A DNA stretch of 64,000 nt from Lama guanicoe (Eukaryota), in NCBI GenBank assembly GCA_013239625.1, contig MU053881.1:4175957-4239956 (forward strand). The letters run 5' to 3'. Numbering within the stretch: position 1 is the first letter of the stretch; every line of letters begins with the position of its first letter. This document shows positions 15,501 through 27,800 of this stretch, in pieces. The notes beneath the pieces were generated by a model. That model saw nothing but the letters and a program-made list of their open reading frames with translations. It was not told the DNA's origin and did not search any database. The translations under genes and the position numbers were made by a program.

Positions 15501-16129
15501 CACTGTTCTCTTTTGGTGTGTCCCAGGACAGCATTTCACTTCTCTGAGCCTGTTTCTGCATGGAGATAGTGCCAGCACCCTCACAGAGGGTTGTGGGGAC
15601 ATCTGGGTTATCGTGGCCACTTAGATAAACCAAAGGCACATCCTGGAATTTGGTATCTATAGACTGATGTTCCAGCTTCTCAAGAGCTTGTTCCCATGGC
15701 CTGGAGAGAGCTACCAGACTGCTCAGGTTCAAGTGTATCTCCCTGCCCGTCAGGCAGAGAGACCAAGCCCAGCTTTGTGCCAGGCAAGGGACAGGGCGGC
15801 TGGTTCAGCCAGCGTTTCCTGCTGCCCACTGTGTGCTGGGACTAAGGCTACAAAGATGAGATGGAGCTAGGACTCTCAGGCCTGGTGGGAAAAGCTCCCA
15901 GCCCCACCCCAGCACCGAGCCCACATCAGTCCACCCGCCTCCCCATTTCTGCTGCCACCGCCCTGGTTCCCACCACCCCGTCCCCTTCATGAGCGTGGCA
16001 GTGGCCTGCTAGCTCATCTCCTGCCCTGCGCTCTTCTCTTTCACCACTCACAGGGGGAGGGTGGTGCTGCAGGAGACTCAGTAGCCTCTGTTTGGGGGAA
16101 ATCTTATCTGGAAGATGCACTGGAAGGAA

Positions 16130-16730
16130 AGAGGAAGAAGGGACCAGGAGACCAAGCATGAGTCCCTTGTCCCTAGGGTGGCCCATGGCAGCCAGAAGGA
16201 TCTTCTGAAAATAGATCTGCTTCTGGCACTCCCCTTCTCTAAACCCCTTTTGAAAAAATGCGCCAGGCCCCACATGAACTGGTGCCCACCGCCCCTCATC
16301 TCCCAAGTCTCTCCCGCTCACTCCGTGTGCCCAGCCAGCCTGACCTTCTGACTGTTCCTCCAGCTCCCTCAATGCCTGTCCACACGCTGGGCCCGCTGCC
16401 CCACTCTCCTTACCAACCTATCCTCCAGCCCCCAGCCAGGGCTCCTTCCTCAGAAGGACCTCCCCTGGCCACCCTTCCACCGTAGATCCCCTTGCGTCTT
16501 ACCCTCTGTTACAATGTAGCATCTTATTTTTTCTTTAATAGCCCTTCTTGCAACTTGCATCTCTGAACTCCTACACGTGTGCTGGCTTGTTTGAAGTCCC
16601 TCTTCCCCATTGCTCCATGAAAGCAGTGGCCAAGCCTGACTCTTCATGGCTGTACGTGCACAGCCTAGCGCAGCGCCTGGCACATAGAAGGTGCCCAACA
16701 AGACACGCTGGATGAGTGAGTGAGTGATTG
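16130..16730. mobile_element. L2 LINE fragment
   Basis: Ends CCTAGCGCAGCGCCTGGCACATAGAAGGTGCCCAACAA...GGATGAGTGAGTGAGTG. Confidence 0.6.
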
Positions 16731-16952
16731 AGGGAGGGAGTCCCTTCCCAGTGGGATAAGTATAAACTTAGCTGTAATTACAGATGGTCAGGGAAGGAGT
16801 CCAGGAGAGCGGCCAGCTGAGTTGGGTTGAGAAAGATGGGCACTGGCTTATCAAGCAGGCAAAGGAGCAGGAAGGGCATCTGGGGTGGAAGGAATGGCGC
16901 GGGCGAGGAGGAAGAGCACGAAACAGCCTGGGGAGTGGGAAAAACACCCGGG

Positions 16953-17160
16953 CAGAGCTTCTCAGCCTCAGCACTGCTGACATTTTGGGAGAGATAATTC
17001 TCTTTTGGGGGGGGGCAACTTTTGTCTATTGTAGGGTATTTAGCAGTGTTCCTGGCCAATAACAGCCAATTGTCACACTTGTCACAGCCAAAACATGTCT
17101 CCAGACATTGCCAAGCATGCCTCTGGGGGACAAAAATCACCCCTGGTTGAGAACCACGGC
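16953..17160. mobile_element. MER20 (hAT-Charlie) element
   Basis: CAGAGCTTCTCAGCCTCAGCACTGCTGACATTTTGGG...CCAGACATTGCCAA...CCTGGTTGAGAACCAC. Confidence 0.82.
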
Positions 17161-17659
17161 TCTAGGTAGTCCTGACATGCTGGTGTTCAAGGTGCAAAGT
17201 GGGGAGTGGTAGGAATGGAAGCCAGTGGGGCAGGTAATGGAGGGCCTGGAATGCCAAGGTCAGGACTTGAGGATTGCACCCGGCGGGGATGACGGGAAAG
17301 ACCAGTCATCCGCGGGAGAAGGGCCTGGTCGCGACTCCGGGGGCGCTACGCAGGCGCAGTGCGGAGGACTGCTCAGAGTGACAGGAGAAGGGGGAGGACA
17401 GGCAGGAGGCCGGCCAGCCTCCCCTCCCGAGGCAGGCGCCAGGCCCTCTAAGCCCCGGGGAGGGAGGCAGCCCTGCAGGCCGTGACATTCTCTCTGGGGG
17501 GGTCGCCCCAGGCCCCAGCTGCAGATCCAGGAGCCCTGGAGGAGGAGAAGCAGCCACGGATGGATGAGGGAATGCAGTCTGAGGAAGCACTGCCTGGGGG
17601 AGGGAGGCTCATGATTGAAGCCAGCACCACGTAGAGGGAAAAGTTGGGGTGTCAGGTAC

Positions 17660-17820
17660 AACCAGGGTTCCAACCCCAGCTCTTCCTCTCTGTCTGTGAG
17701 ACTTGGGCAAATCACTCCATTAATCTGAGCCTCAGTTTCCCCATCAGTGAAATGGGTACACTCACACCCACCTCACAGGGCTGTTGGGAAGATTAACTGA
17801 AACTACAGCTGTGAATGCCC
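17660..17820. mobile_element. MIR SINE (representative; further MIR-like pieces at ~960-1050, 6000-6240, 6895-7030, 12250-12660, 13560-13740, 23225-23400, 54680-54900)
   Basis: MIR core TGTGAGACTTGGGCAAATCACT...CTGAGCCTCAGTTTCCCCATCAGTGAAATGGG. Confidence 0.75.
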
Positions 17821-19534
17821 TGTCTGGCCCATTGCTAGCCCAGAGCAAGGACTTCACACAGGCTCGTCCTCTCCACTCCACTAGCCTCCGAAAGCTTTCC
17901 CCCAGAAACTCGTATTCCATTCCAAATCATCTTTAGTGAACAGATCTAAAGATGATTGTCAGTATTACACATGAAGCACACTCTGTATTTTACTTTTCAA
18001 GAAGAAAACCCATGATGTCACACTGGGGTCAAATACACTGCTTTCTGACAACGGTTTTAGCTTCAAGCCCTCACCGCCAGGCTGGACCTAATCAGAGAGC
18101 TGCCAGCTGTGTGAGGACCGGCTGCGCCTCCCCCACAGCGCTGTGAGCCCGGGTCCCCGCATTCTCCTCCCCCTCTACCCACGAGGGGGCTGAGGCTGAG
18201 GCAGTCTGAGAACCTCGCTCAAGTCGTCAGCAAGGTCAGCCAATAGAAGGTGGAGCGGTGAGCGCCCCGAGAGAGGTGGCTTCAGAGTCGCTGCTGGCAG
18301 CCACAGCACGGTTCTCAGCATTTGGCCTCTTGAGTGGTATTCACTGTTAACACATCTGTTCCAATGTCAGGGGGAAGAAAACTTGTTGACTCTTGTAAAT
18401 ATTATGAAATCTACATCCTAGTACAGAAAACTGCTAATACAATTTTCCACCCAGAGAAGAGAAGACAGACAGAGGTCTAAGGGAGGAGAGACAACTCACG
18501 GGGGTTCAAGCTGTGGTTGATGACTGAGCTCATGCTAGACCCCAAATCTGGGGACTCCCAGGCCAGCTGGTTCCTTGCTCCTGCTGAGATGGGAGGTTCT
18601 AGAACAGCGCTGCCTGGGCTCTGGGTTCTCCAGACACTGCCAGGAGGCTCCCCAACTCTGGGCTTTAGGAAGTTACTTTACCACTCCACGCCTGGGTTTT
18701 ATCATCTTTAAAAATTGTATTAAAGTAGCAACTCCCTTATTAAGTCCTATTAACTACTGAAAGGATGAAAGAAAATTGTGTGTGTGTGTGTACTTGTGAC
18801 TTACAACATCATCTAACATTTAGGAAGCACATGACAATGATAATTATTATTCTCTCACAGCTAGTTTTGTGCCAGGCACTTTACGTGTAAGGTTACAACT
18901 AACTGTTCTGACCATTGTGAATAGCTGTGACTCTCTCCACTTCACAGAGGAGGACACTGAGGTCCACCTGGTACCAAGACTTTGACATGAACATCAGAGG
19001 GAGTCTGTGATGTGCCCCTGTGGGGATGTGTCCCTTTAGGGATTTGCATCTTTCAGGATGCACTGGCTTCCCTTTCCATGCATGCAGGTCCGCAAAGCCT
19101 TCCTGCACATCTGGACGGGATGCTCAGTGGTTATCAGGTGTGTCTCCTCTCTCAAGGAGAGAAGGAAGCCCTTGGAGGTGGAAGGATGGAGTGGGTGAGT
19201 TAAGACAGACAGAAGCCAGCTGTCTGCATATCTCTGGATGACCCACAGAAGTGTGCAGAGTTAAGGGGAGAGGTTATCTCACCACATTCCCTTTTCTTTG
19301 CATGCCTCCCAAGAACATTCAGATCTTCAAGGCTGAAAGGTAAAGATTCTTCCTGAAACCTCTCAGAACCTTGAGAGAATATCCCCGCTTCTTCTCCCCA
19401 ATTTCCATTACACCTGCGATCAAATTCCAGCATTGCTGCTTACTCCCTCTGCGAGCTTAGGTAACTAACCACATTTCTCTGAAGCTTTTTGCCTGCAAAT
19501 GTGAATGTATAAGTCCCAGGTAATGTGCATCCAG

Positions 19535-19717
19535 CACTGTGGCCCTCAAGTTTGGCTGCACACAGGAGTCGCCTGGGAAGATGTAATTAATACTGACGCC
19601 TGGGTCTCACCCCTAGAGAGTCCAATATAATTGTTCTGGGGTGTAGCCTAGATATCAGAACTTTCAAAAGCTCCCCAGGAGATCCTAACACACAGTCAAA
19701 AACTGAGAACCTCTGCT
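19535..19717. mobile_element. MER5-like hAT element
   Basis: CTCAAGTTTGGCTGCACACAGGAGTCGCCTGGG...AAAAGCTCCCCAGGAGATCCTAA...TGAGAACCTCTG. Confidence 0.7.
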
Positions 19718-20988
19718 ATACAGGTAGCTGATGCCCAATTAATTGTCCCTTCACATTTCTTTAGTGCTAACTGCCTATTCAAATATTATTTTTAAGAGAT
19801 CTCATCCGATTCCCAGGGTGGCCCAGGATTCTTTATTTCTGCCACCCCTTGTGCACATTTTCATATGGACAAACTCTGCACTTTCAAAAGACATGACTCA
19901 GCCTTCAGCCAATCAGCCAGCCCCTTTATCTAGCTTTGGCTCCTCTTCCGTTCATTGGATAGAGCCAATTGGTTAAGACACACAATGCCCTCCTGGAGAT
20001 GCCAATGAGAAAATCAAACAGATGGAATGATCCATTGTTCACTCTTCAGCCAGGGAACTCCATCATTTGCCTCCAAATCTATCGCCTATGGTGTGCAAGA
20101 GCTCACGCTGTAAAACCCCAAGTCCTCTGAGCTGGGTCTTAAGCAGTAAGGCTTCTCCCACCTGTGTCCATGGGACAACCACCCCCGACTTTTGCATACA
20201 TGCTCACCTCCATTCTTCATGGACTACTCCCATATCAGGAGATGTGCCATCAGCCAGTCACTCATTTCCAGCCACGCCTCCCCCAAAGACACTCTACTCC
20301 AGCCATGCTATTTCCCAAAAGCTCTCCATGCTTTGCACATGTGTGCCCTTTGCCTTAAATGCCTTTTCCTCCAATGGTCTACCCGGGAGGCCTTTACTCA
20401 CCTTAAAAAGCCAAATTCAAATGTTTCCCTCTGCAGCATACCCAACGTGCCCTCCCAGTGCCCTCTCTGCCACAACAGAATTTAATCATTTCCACCCTTG
20501 TGCTCTCGCAAACCTTGTAATTCTCAGGCATAGCATTTACTGTGAGGCTTTATATTAATTTAAGTGTTATACTGGATAGGGATTTTGTAATGTGCCTTTT
20601 TATAATCAACTTCTAGCATAGGGACGGGGCCTTAGCAGGTGCGAACTAAATGCTTGTTGGACTGCAGCCAATTCTCTGTCCTCAAATCTGTACAAGTCAA
20701 TGTTTTAAACACCTCCCCAAAATAATCAAGGCAATTTTCTCTTTCATCATCTAGAAGCTCGTTAGTATTCGGCTACTATGATAAAACTTTAAAAAGGAGA
20801 GATTAATTTTCTTGCCCGTGTATGTAAATGTGAACCAGAAAAATGAATAAACACTTACCATAAATCTGAAACAACACAAGAGGTGTCATGTCTCTGGAAG
20901 GAATAACTACATTTTACAAGAAAGGGAACATGTTTGACCGATGAGGGAAAGAAAGGGTTTGGAGAGGTGGAAATTTTTTGCTGTTTTA

Positions 20989-21216
<228 letters not shown>

Positions 21217-22064
21217 CTAGTTACAGCGGGAAGTGAGGCAGGAAAAGAGAGGGCTGGCGACGGAGCAAATGACGCTGTCCTCAACAGCTCCACTCCGGTG
21301 GCTTCAGTGTACAGATCAGTCATCGATCTTCCGCTAGATTCCCTGACATGATTCCCATTATCCAGTAAAACTTCTTTAATCATCAAAATATGCCACCTGC
21401 ACTCAACAGCCTTCGAAATCGAGAAACTCAAGGAAAATCCCAGACTTACACACAAAATATACAATCTTAAATATATATATATCTCCAAGACCCTAGAGCT
21501 AATATAAATCATATAATCACAGTGAAAAGCTTATTCTTAGTGCAAAATTAAACCCTATTATTCTGGGTCACCCTGCAGTATGACAAATTTCACCTTACCA
21601 TCTTGGTTGCTATTTTATTATGTTTTTCCCCCATTAATCTCCCCAAAACACAATAAATATATTCAATGCCTTTATGTGTAGTGTACCCTTTTACATGATA
21701 TGTAGGTTGTACAGGAGATACAATTTCCTAAAACAAAATAAAAGGGCTGGCTTGAACCTGATCCTGTTATTTGGCCATGGAATGCCTCCATTTCCTCAAT
21801 AGCAAAGGGCTTTTTTTTTTTTGGTTCCATGGAAAGTTAACAACCCCCATATTGCAAGATTGCCAGCTAAATAAACAAATCACATTTATTCCTCTCCAGC
21901 ACTCTTGGAAGTCAAACGGTGCTCCCACCCCCACCCCACACCTCAACAACCCTGCGGATGGAATGTTATTAGACAAAACAGGGTTGTTGTGGGGGGGGGA
22001 AAGGGATGGTAAAGGGTTGGAGGATATTGGGGAGTGGTTATAGCAAAAACAAATGCCTACTTAC

Positions 22065-22270
22065 TGTGCAGCACTCTTGGGGGTCAGAGCAGATTCAAGC
22101 CAATTTGAAGAGGAGGAGGACGGCCAGGAGTCCTCCCTCCTCAGCCCGAGCTTGTGGTGCTGAAAGGACAGCGCCTTGCGTGCTTCTGGATTGGGAGCTT
22201 CTGAGAGCGAGGCGCAAGCAAGCGAGAGCGGGCTCTTGGCAGCTGCCTGATCGCTCGCTCGCGCCCCCTC
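22065..22270 (-). other. NSG2: NSG2 non-coding exon 1 / TSS region (5' boundary approximate)
   Basis: Strong minus-strand donor CACA|gtaagt (intron bases 22064-22059) about 870 bp upstream of the exon-2 acceptor. Locally CpG-rich and carries REST half-sites typical of neuronal genes. Confidence 0.75.
22156..22175. promoter_or_regulatory. Non-canonical REST/NRSF (RE1) element: both half-sites, back-to-back
   Basis: GGTGCTGAA (reverse complement of left half TTCAGCACC) + A + GGACAGCGCC (perfect right half) in exon 1 of a neuron-specific gene. Confidence 0.6.
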
Positions 22271-23959
22271 CCACCGGGGAAACGGGTTCCCACACCATCT
22301 GTCATCTGGCACCACCTGCTGTTTCTCATGCATGGCCACAACCCCAGCATGGGACAAAACGGTTTCATGAAAATGGGAGGGATTCTGGCCATTAAAAAAA
22401 AAAACTAATGTGCACCATATTACAAGGAATCCTTGAGCCTTTAGAAAAACTGGAAAAGGAGGCATATTCGTTAGAAGAAGGGACTACCTCCTAAGATCTT
22501 CCAGAGCGATATTAGGAAACTCGGAATTGTTCAGGACCTGTACTGTGCTCATGTTCTGATCTGTGTAAAGAGAGAAGGGGAACTAATAGTTATTGAGTAT
22601 CTCTCGTGCAGTGGGCACTTTTCCAGGCTCTTTCAGACTATTTCCCTCATTTGCAAATTGTGATTTCTAATAGCACCTACGTGATGGAGTTAGTGTGAGA
22701 TGTGAGTGTGATAACTTGGGGAAAGCACTTAGCTCAGAGCAGGGTACGTGGCAAACAGTGCATAAGCCTAAGGTCCTATTCTCACAATGCTACTGTGGTC
22801 ACGCAGGTCAGCTAAGTTCACGAAGCTGGTATAGCATCAGGAACTGGGATTTGAGCCCTGACCCATTGCTGTCGAAGACTGTATGCAGTCCACAACGTTA
22901 TGGGGCTTCCAGGTTGGCATCTGGAATCAGAGAGGGCAGTCCTAGTGTCAGCTCTATGAAGTTCAGGCTGTGGAGATCTTGGACATTTCGCATTCACTCT
23001 CCAAGCCTCCATTTCTTTATCTCTGATGTGAGAATAATAACATGGGACTTTGAATCCACCTCCAACGTGGTTCCAGGACTTGAAGAAGTCACTGCCCATT
23101 AAAAGAGAGAATCCCACTAACAGACAAAAACATAATCCTCCCTGTGTGCCAGGCACTGTGATGAAGTGTATGCATTGTCTCTGACCCTTCACAAGAAACT
23201 TCTGAAATATTAATAATATTTAACAGTTACTGAGTACTTACTATGAGCCGAGCACTAGTCTAAGCGCTTACCTGTATAATACCATTGAATTCTCAAAATT
23301 ACCTCATAGCGTAGGTACTGTTGTTACCCCCATTTTACAAAAGAAAAAAAAACGATTCATAAAAGCGACTGCCCGATGTCAAACAGCTAGTAAGTCACAA
23401 TATTGGAAGTCTCTCTAAATTCAGACACTGATAAGACCACTATGATAAACAGAGGCACAGACCAGAAGATGAGTACTGAGAATCCATCACCCAGTCCTAG
23501 CCTAGGGACAGGAAGGATTTCCTAGAGGAAATCTTAGCTTAGATACGAGGATAAATAAGAGTCAGGACGGCAAAGAGGGTAAAGACATGTACAAAGGTTT
23601 GGGCAATTCCCAGGAATGCTGAATATTTCGGTCCGGCTGGAGTACAGAGTTCAGAGTTTGGAGTTTAATCAAGAGAAGAAATAGAAGCTGCAAGCAAAGA
23701 TCAGGTGAGCAAAAGCTTTCCTGCATATTGTTATTAATCAGCACTCTTGTGGTTTCAGATGACAAGTTTGTGGAGCTATGTTAGATTGACACAAAAATAC
23801 ATTGGCTCAAGCAGTCCAACTGTAGGAACCGCAGACACAGATCAACTGATTAATTTGTCTCTCTTTTTCTCTATTTCTCTCTGTGTTGGCTTTATTTTCT
23901 CAGATCATTTTGCTCCATAAGACAAAAGTTAAAGTTAACAGTAGCCTTCATGATCACCT

Positions 23960-26900
23960 CTTCTTAATGGCCACTGAGATTCTCTTTCTCTTAAGTCTAC
24001 TGTTCAATTCTCAAACATTTGGAGATTTTTCTAGATACCTCTCTTGTCATTAATTAATGCCTTATTGCACTGTGGTCAGAGAACATGTTATTTATGATTT
24101 TATTTCCTTGAACTTTGTTAAAACAGACTCTATGGCTCAGCCTACAGCCAGTTTTGGCAAACGTTTCATCTGCACTTGAGAGGAATGATTCGTCTTGAAT
24201 TGTTAGGTGCAGGATTTTAAGTCAGTGTTGTTAGAGTTACCGTATTGTTCAAATCTGCACACTGATTTTTTTTCATCTGTTTGTTCTATCAATGACTACA
24301 ATAAGTGTGCTAAGATTTCTTACTATAACTGTGGACTTACCTTCTTATTTTATTTCTGACATATTTGAGCATATGAAATTAAGCAGTTACAAATTTATAA
24401 TTGTTCCTCCTGGATTAATCACTTTTTACATTATGAAATATCCTGTATCTCTACAACTTCTTGTCATAACATCTTCTTTATATGGTATTAGCATAGCTAT
24501 ACCAGCTTCCTTTCATAAGTGTTTGTATGGGAAATACTTTTTCATCCTTTGATGAAATCTTCACTCTCTCTGTTCTCTTATATTTGAGGTATGTCCCATG
24601 CAAGCAGAATATACCTGGGTTTTGAATTTTATCTAGTCTGAAAATCTTTTATCTTTTGACTGAATTATATACAGTGAATATAATTATTAATATACCTGTT
24701 GTCTTACTATTTTTTTCTATGTGTCCCATATTAAGGTTTTTAATTCCTTTCTTCTTCCTTTCTTACTCTCTTTTGTTTTATTCAGATATTTTGTTAGTTT
24801 TACTTACATTTGTTTTTATTCCTTTCTTATTACTTCAGTCATTAACTTAGAGATTGCAATCTACAACTTTGATTTATTATGGAACTAAGAGAAACCAATA
24901 TTTTTACTTCTCAGACAGTGCAGAGACTTTAGGCCAATTCAACCACACTCTTCTACTTCTGCGATCCTGTTGTTATAAATTTTATATTATACGTATATGG
25001 AAAACCTATCATAAATTATGTTTCAATTATTTTATTATCAGTATTCATTTAGACTTACCCAGATATTTTTCCTTTGTATCAGTTTTTATTGCTGTCTGCA
25101 TTTCTGGACTTCCGTCTAAGATTATTTTTAAACTAAAATTTATTCTAAAAGAGAATACTCTTTAGTATTTACTTCAAGATAGACTTGTTGCAATAAAAGC
25201 ATTTTAGTTGTCTCATCTCTGATCTTAGTGGTTTGTTTCTTTCCTCTTTTTTTTTTCTTTGTTACCTTGGTGAGAAGCTTATTAATTTTATTGACCTTTT
25301 AAAAGAATCAGCTTCTGGTTTCACTGTCTCTGTTGATTTTACTTTATTTCTTCAGATATTTACTGGCCTCATTTTCTCTCCTTTTTCTGGTTTGCTAATT
25401 ACCTGTATGTCACACCTTGTCCAATGTCTCTTATGGCCGTTCCTGTATTGTCCATCTGTTTTTATTTTTCCTCTCCATACTTTAAATATTTTCTATCTGA
25501 TCTGTCTTCCACTTCACTAATCTGCTCACCTCTGTAATCTTTATGCAGTTTTTTTTTTCATTTGACTTAATCCAATTTACTGTTAGATCATTTGCTGAGT
25601 TCTTGATTTTGGTTATTAATATTTTTTTCTAAATAGTCTTTATAGTTCTTTTTTTTTAAATTAGTTTCAGGTCTTTGGTGACACTCTGCATCTTGTCTTT
25701 TTTTTTTATATATATTACCCAGATAGATTTTAAATCCATGTTTGATCATTTTAGTACCTGTATCACATGTGAATCTCCACTTACTACCTTTTTATTTCTC
25801 CCTTGTCTTTTAGTAATTAGCCTCTGGCGTGCCTATTAATTTGTTACCGAATGTTCTGCACTGTATGTGAAGGCTCTGGATACTGCTGACTTCCAGCAAC
25901 AATAACTTCCTGACAGGAAGTTACACAGGGGCAAATTCACCTTGATCCAATTAGGGCTTGAGATCATTAGAGGTGGGTTTCAGTTCCTGGAAGGTCTGGT
26001 CTATTTTGGGTTTGACCAGTCCCTTGGGGCTTTCAAACAGAGGCCTAGGGCATTTACCAAGACTCCTCCTCCAAGGCAGGCACTGAACTCCAGTTGCTGT
26101 TTCTGCGGCACCAGGGGCCTCAGATGTTCTGCGTAAGTCTTTAACCTCTTCACATCCACTTCACATCAGAAAACATCTTGAGGGAAAAAAATTGTAGGGA
26201 AGGTTGGGCTCTCGTCTCAGCAGCTCCCTCCTCCCCAGATCTTGTCCCTTCCAGTCCTGGGTATCTTGGCAGCAATGAACTCCAACGTCTGACTCCTCAG
26301 CCCCAAGAGTGGAAAGTACAGGGTTCCCATAAAGCCTCTCTGCTTCCATCACACCCCCACTCCCACACACAATTTCTCCTATTATTAACATCTGCCATTA
26401 ATGTGCTAATTTGTTACAACTGATGAGCCAATATCGATACATTATTATTGACTAAAACGCGTGGTTTGCATCAGGGTTTACTTCATGTTGCACATCCTAT
26501 GAGTTCTGGCAAATGTACAATGTATCCACTCTTACACGTGTGTAATATATCCATCATCATGGTACCATACAGAGGACTTTCACTGCCCTAAAAATCCTTT
26601 ATGCTCTACCTACTCATTCCTCCCTTCCTCCATCCAAACCCTTGGCAAGCACTGACTATAAATTTCCCTTTTTCAGAATGTCATAGAGTTGGAATTTTAC
26701 AATATGTTACCCTTTCAATTTTTTTCAGCTTTCTAACTTATTAACTTAGTTTTAAAATTATTTTCTTATTCCTCACTCCCTTATTCTTAATCCCATTTTT
26801 CTCTGTTTGAACTCTCTTGGACAAATATCTAGTTTATTGATTGCTTTTTTTCCTGTTTGATAATGAGAGAAATTAATGCTATTACTTTAATGTACCTCTG

Positions 26901-27800
26901 ATTAGCGCTATTATTTTATTGTCCCCCTTCAAATATTATGTAACTGAGGATTTGCTTTTCTGACTCAAGGGTTATTCAGCAAAATAGTTTTGTTTCATTT
27001 TAATTTTGAAATGTTTGATTTTCATTGCTGCTAATTTATATCTCTTGAGACTAGTTTCTGGTTTTACTGCATGTAGTCCAAGAGTGTTTTCTGTATATAT
27101 TTCTGCTTTGAAAAATGTATTAAATTTTCTTTGTTACCTAACATATGAACCATTTCTGTTAAAACTGAGCATAAGGAAAGAAGTCGTATTCTATATAAAT
27201 TTTTACACATAACTATGAAGTCAAGTCTGTTCCTTTAGTTATTTAAATCTTCTATACCTTCACTGATTTTTTTCACTTCCTTGATATGGCAAGAAATGAA
27301 AGTATTTCCCATAACTATCGTGGTATTTCTTCTCGCATTAAAGCTCCATTATTTGGCACACAGTTTCATGATGCCACATCTTCTTATGAGTTTTGCTTAT
27401 GGATGTAAAATAACCCATTAGTCTCATTTTAATGTTGCATGATTGAATTCCTTTCTGGGTAAAATATAATTGCAAACCCTTCCTTCTATGGTTTCTACTT
27501 TCTCCTCCTCGCCTTTTGTAATTGGGTTTTACATCTTGACTAGGTCACTTTAAGTAACCTTTTTTAATTTGGGAATTTAACTCTTTACAATCACCTTTTA
27601 CCGTGACGTGTATTGTCTCATTCTTGCTTTAACTTTAATGGTTCCTTGCTACTTCCTTCATTGTACTCCGTAATAACCTTCATCCTACAGTAACTGTACG
27701 TGAACTGTTTTCCCCCCAGTAATTTGGAAGGGACAAATGAAGCTTAAAATTATGTCTTCAGTTATTTTTTTAATATGTCCAAACCAGATTTGAATAGGCA
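23960..27800 (-). mobile_element. Cluster of old antisense L1 fragments (including an L1MC-like 3' end at ~26310-26720)
   Basis: T-rich plus strand with L1M motifs (TTGCACTGTGGTCAGAGAAC, ATAGCTATACCAGCTTCC, TTGTTACAACTGATGAGCCAATATCGATACATTATTA). Confidence 0.65.

Noticed and set aside
17620..17640. RE1-like CCAGCACCACGTAGAG in NSG2 intron 2
   Set aside because: Mismatch at a core GG position and a poor right half; too weak to call.
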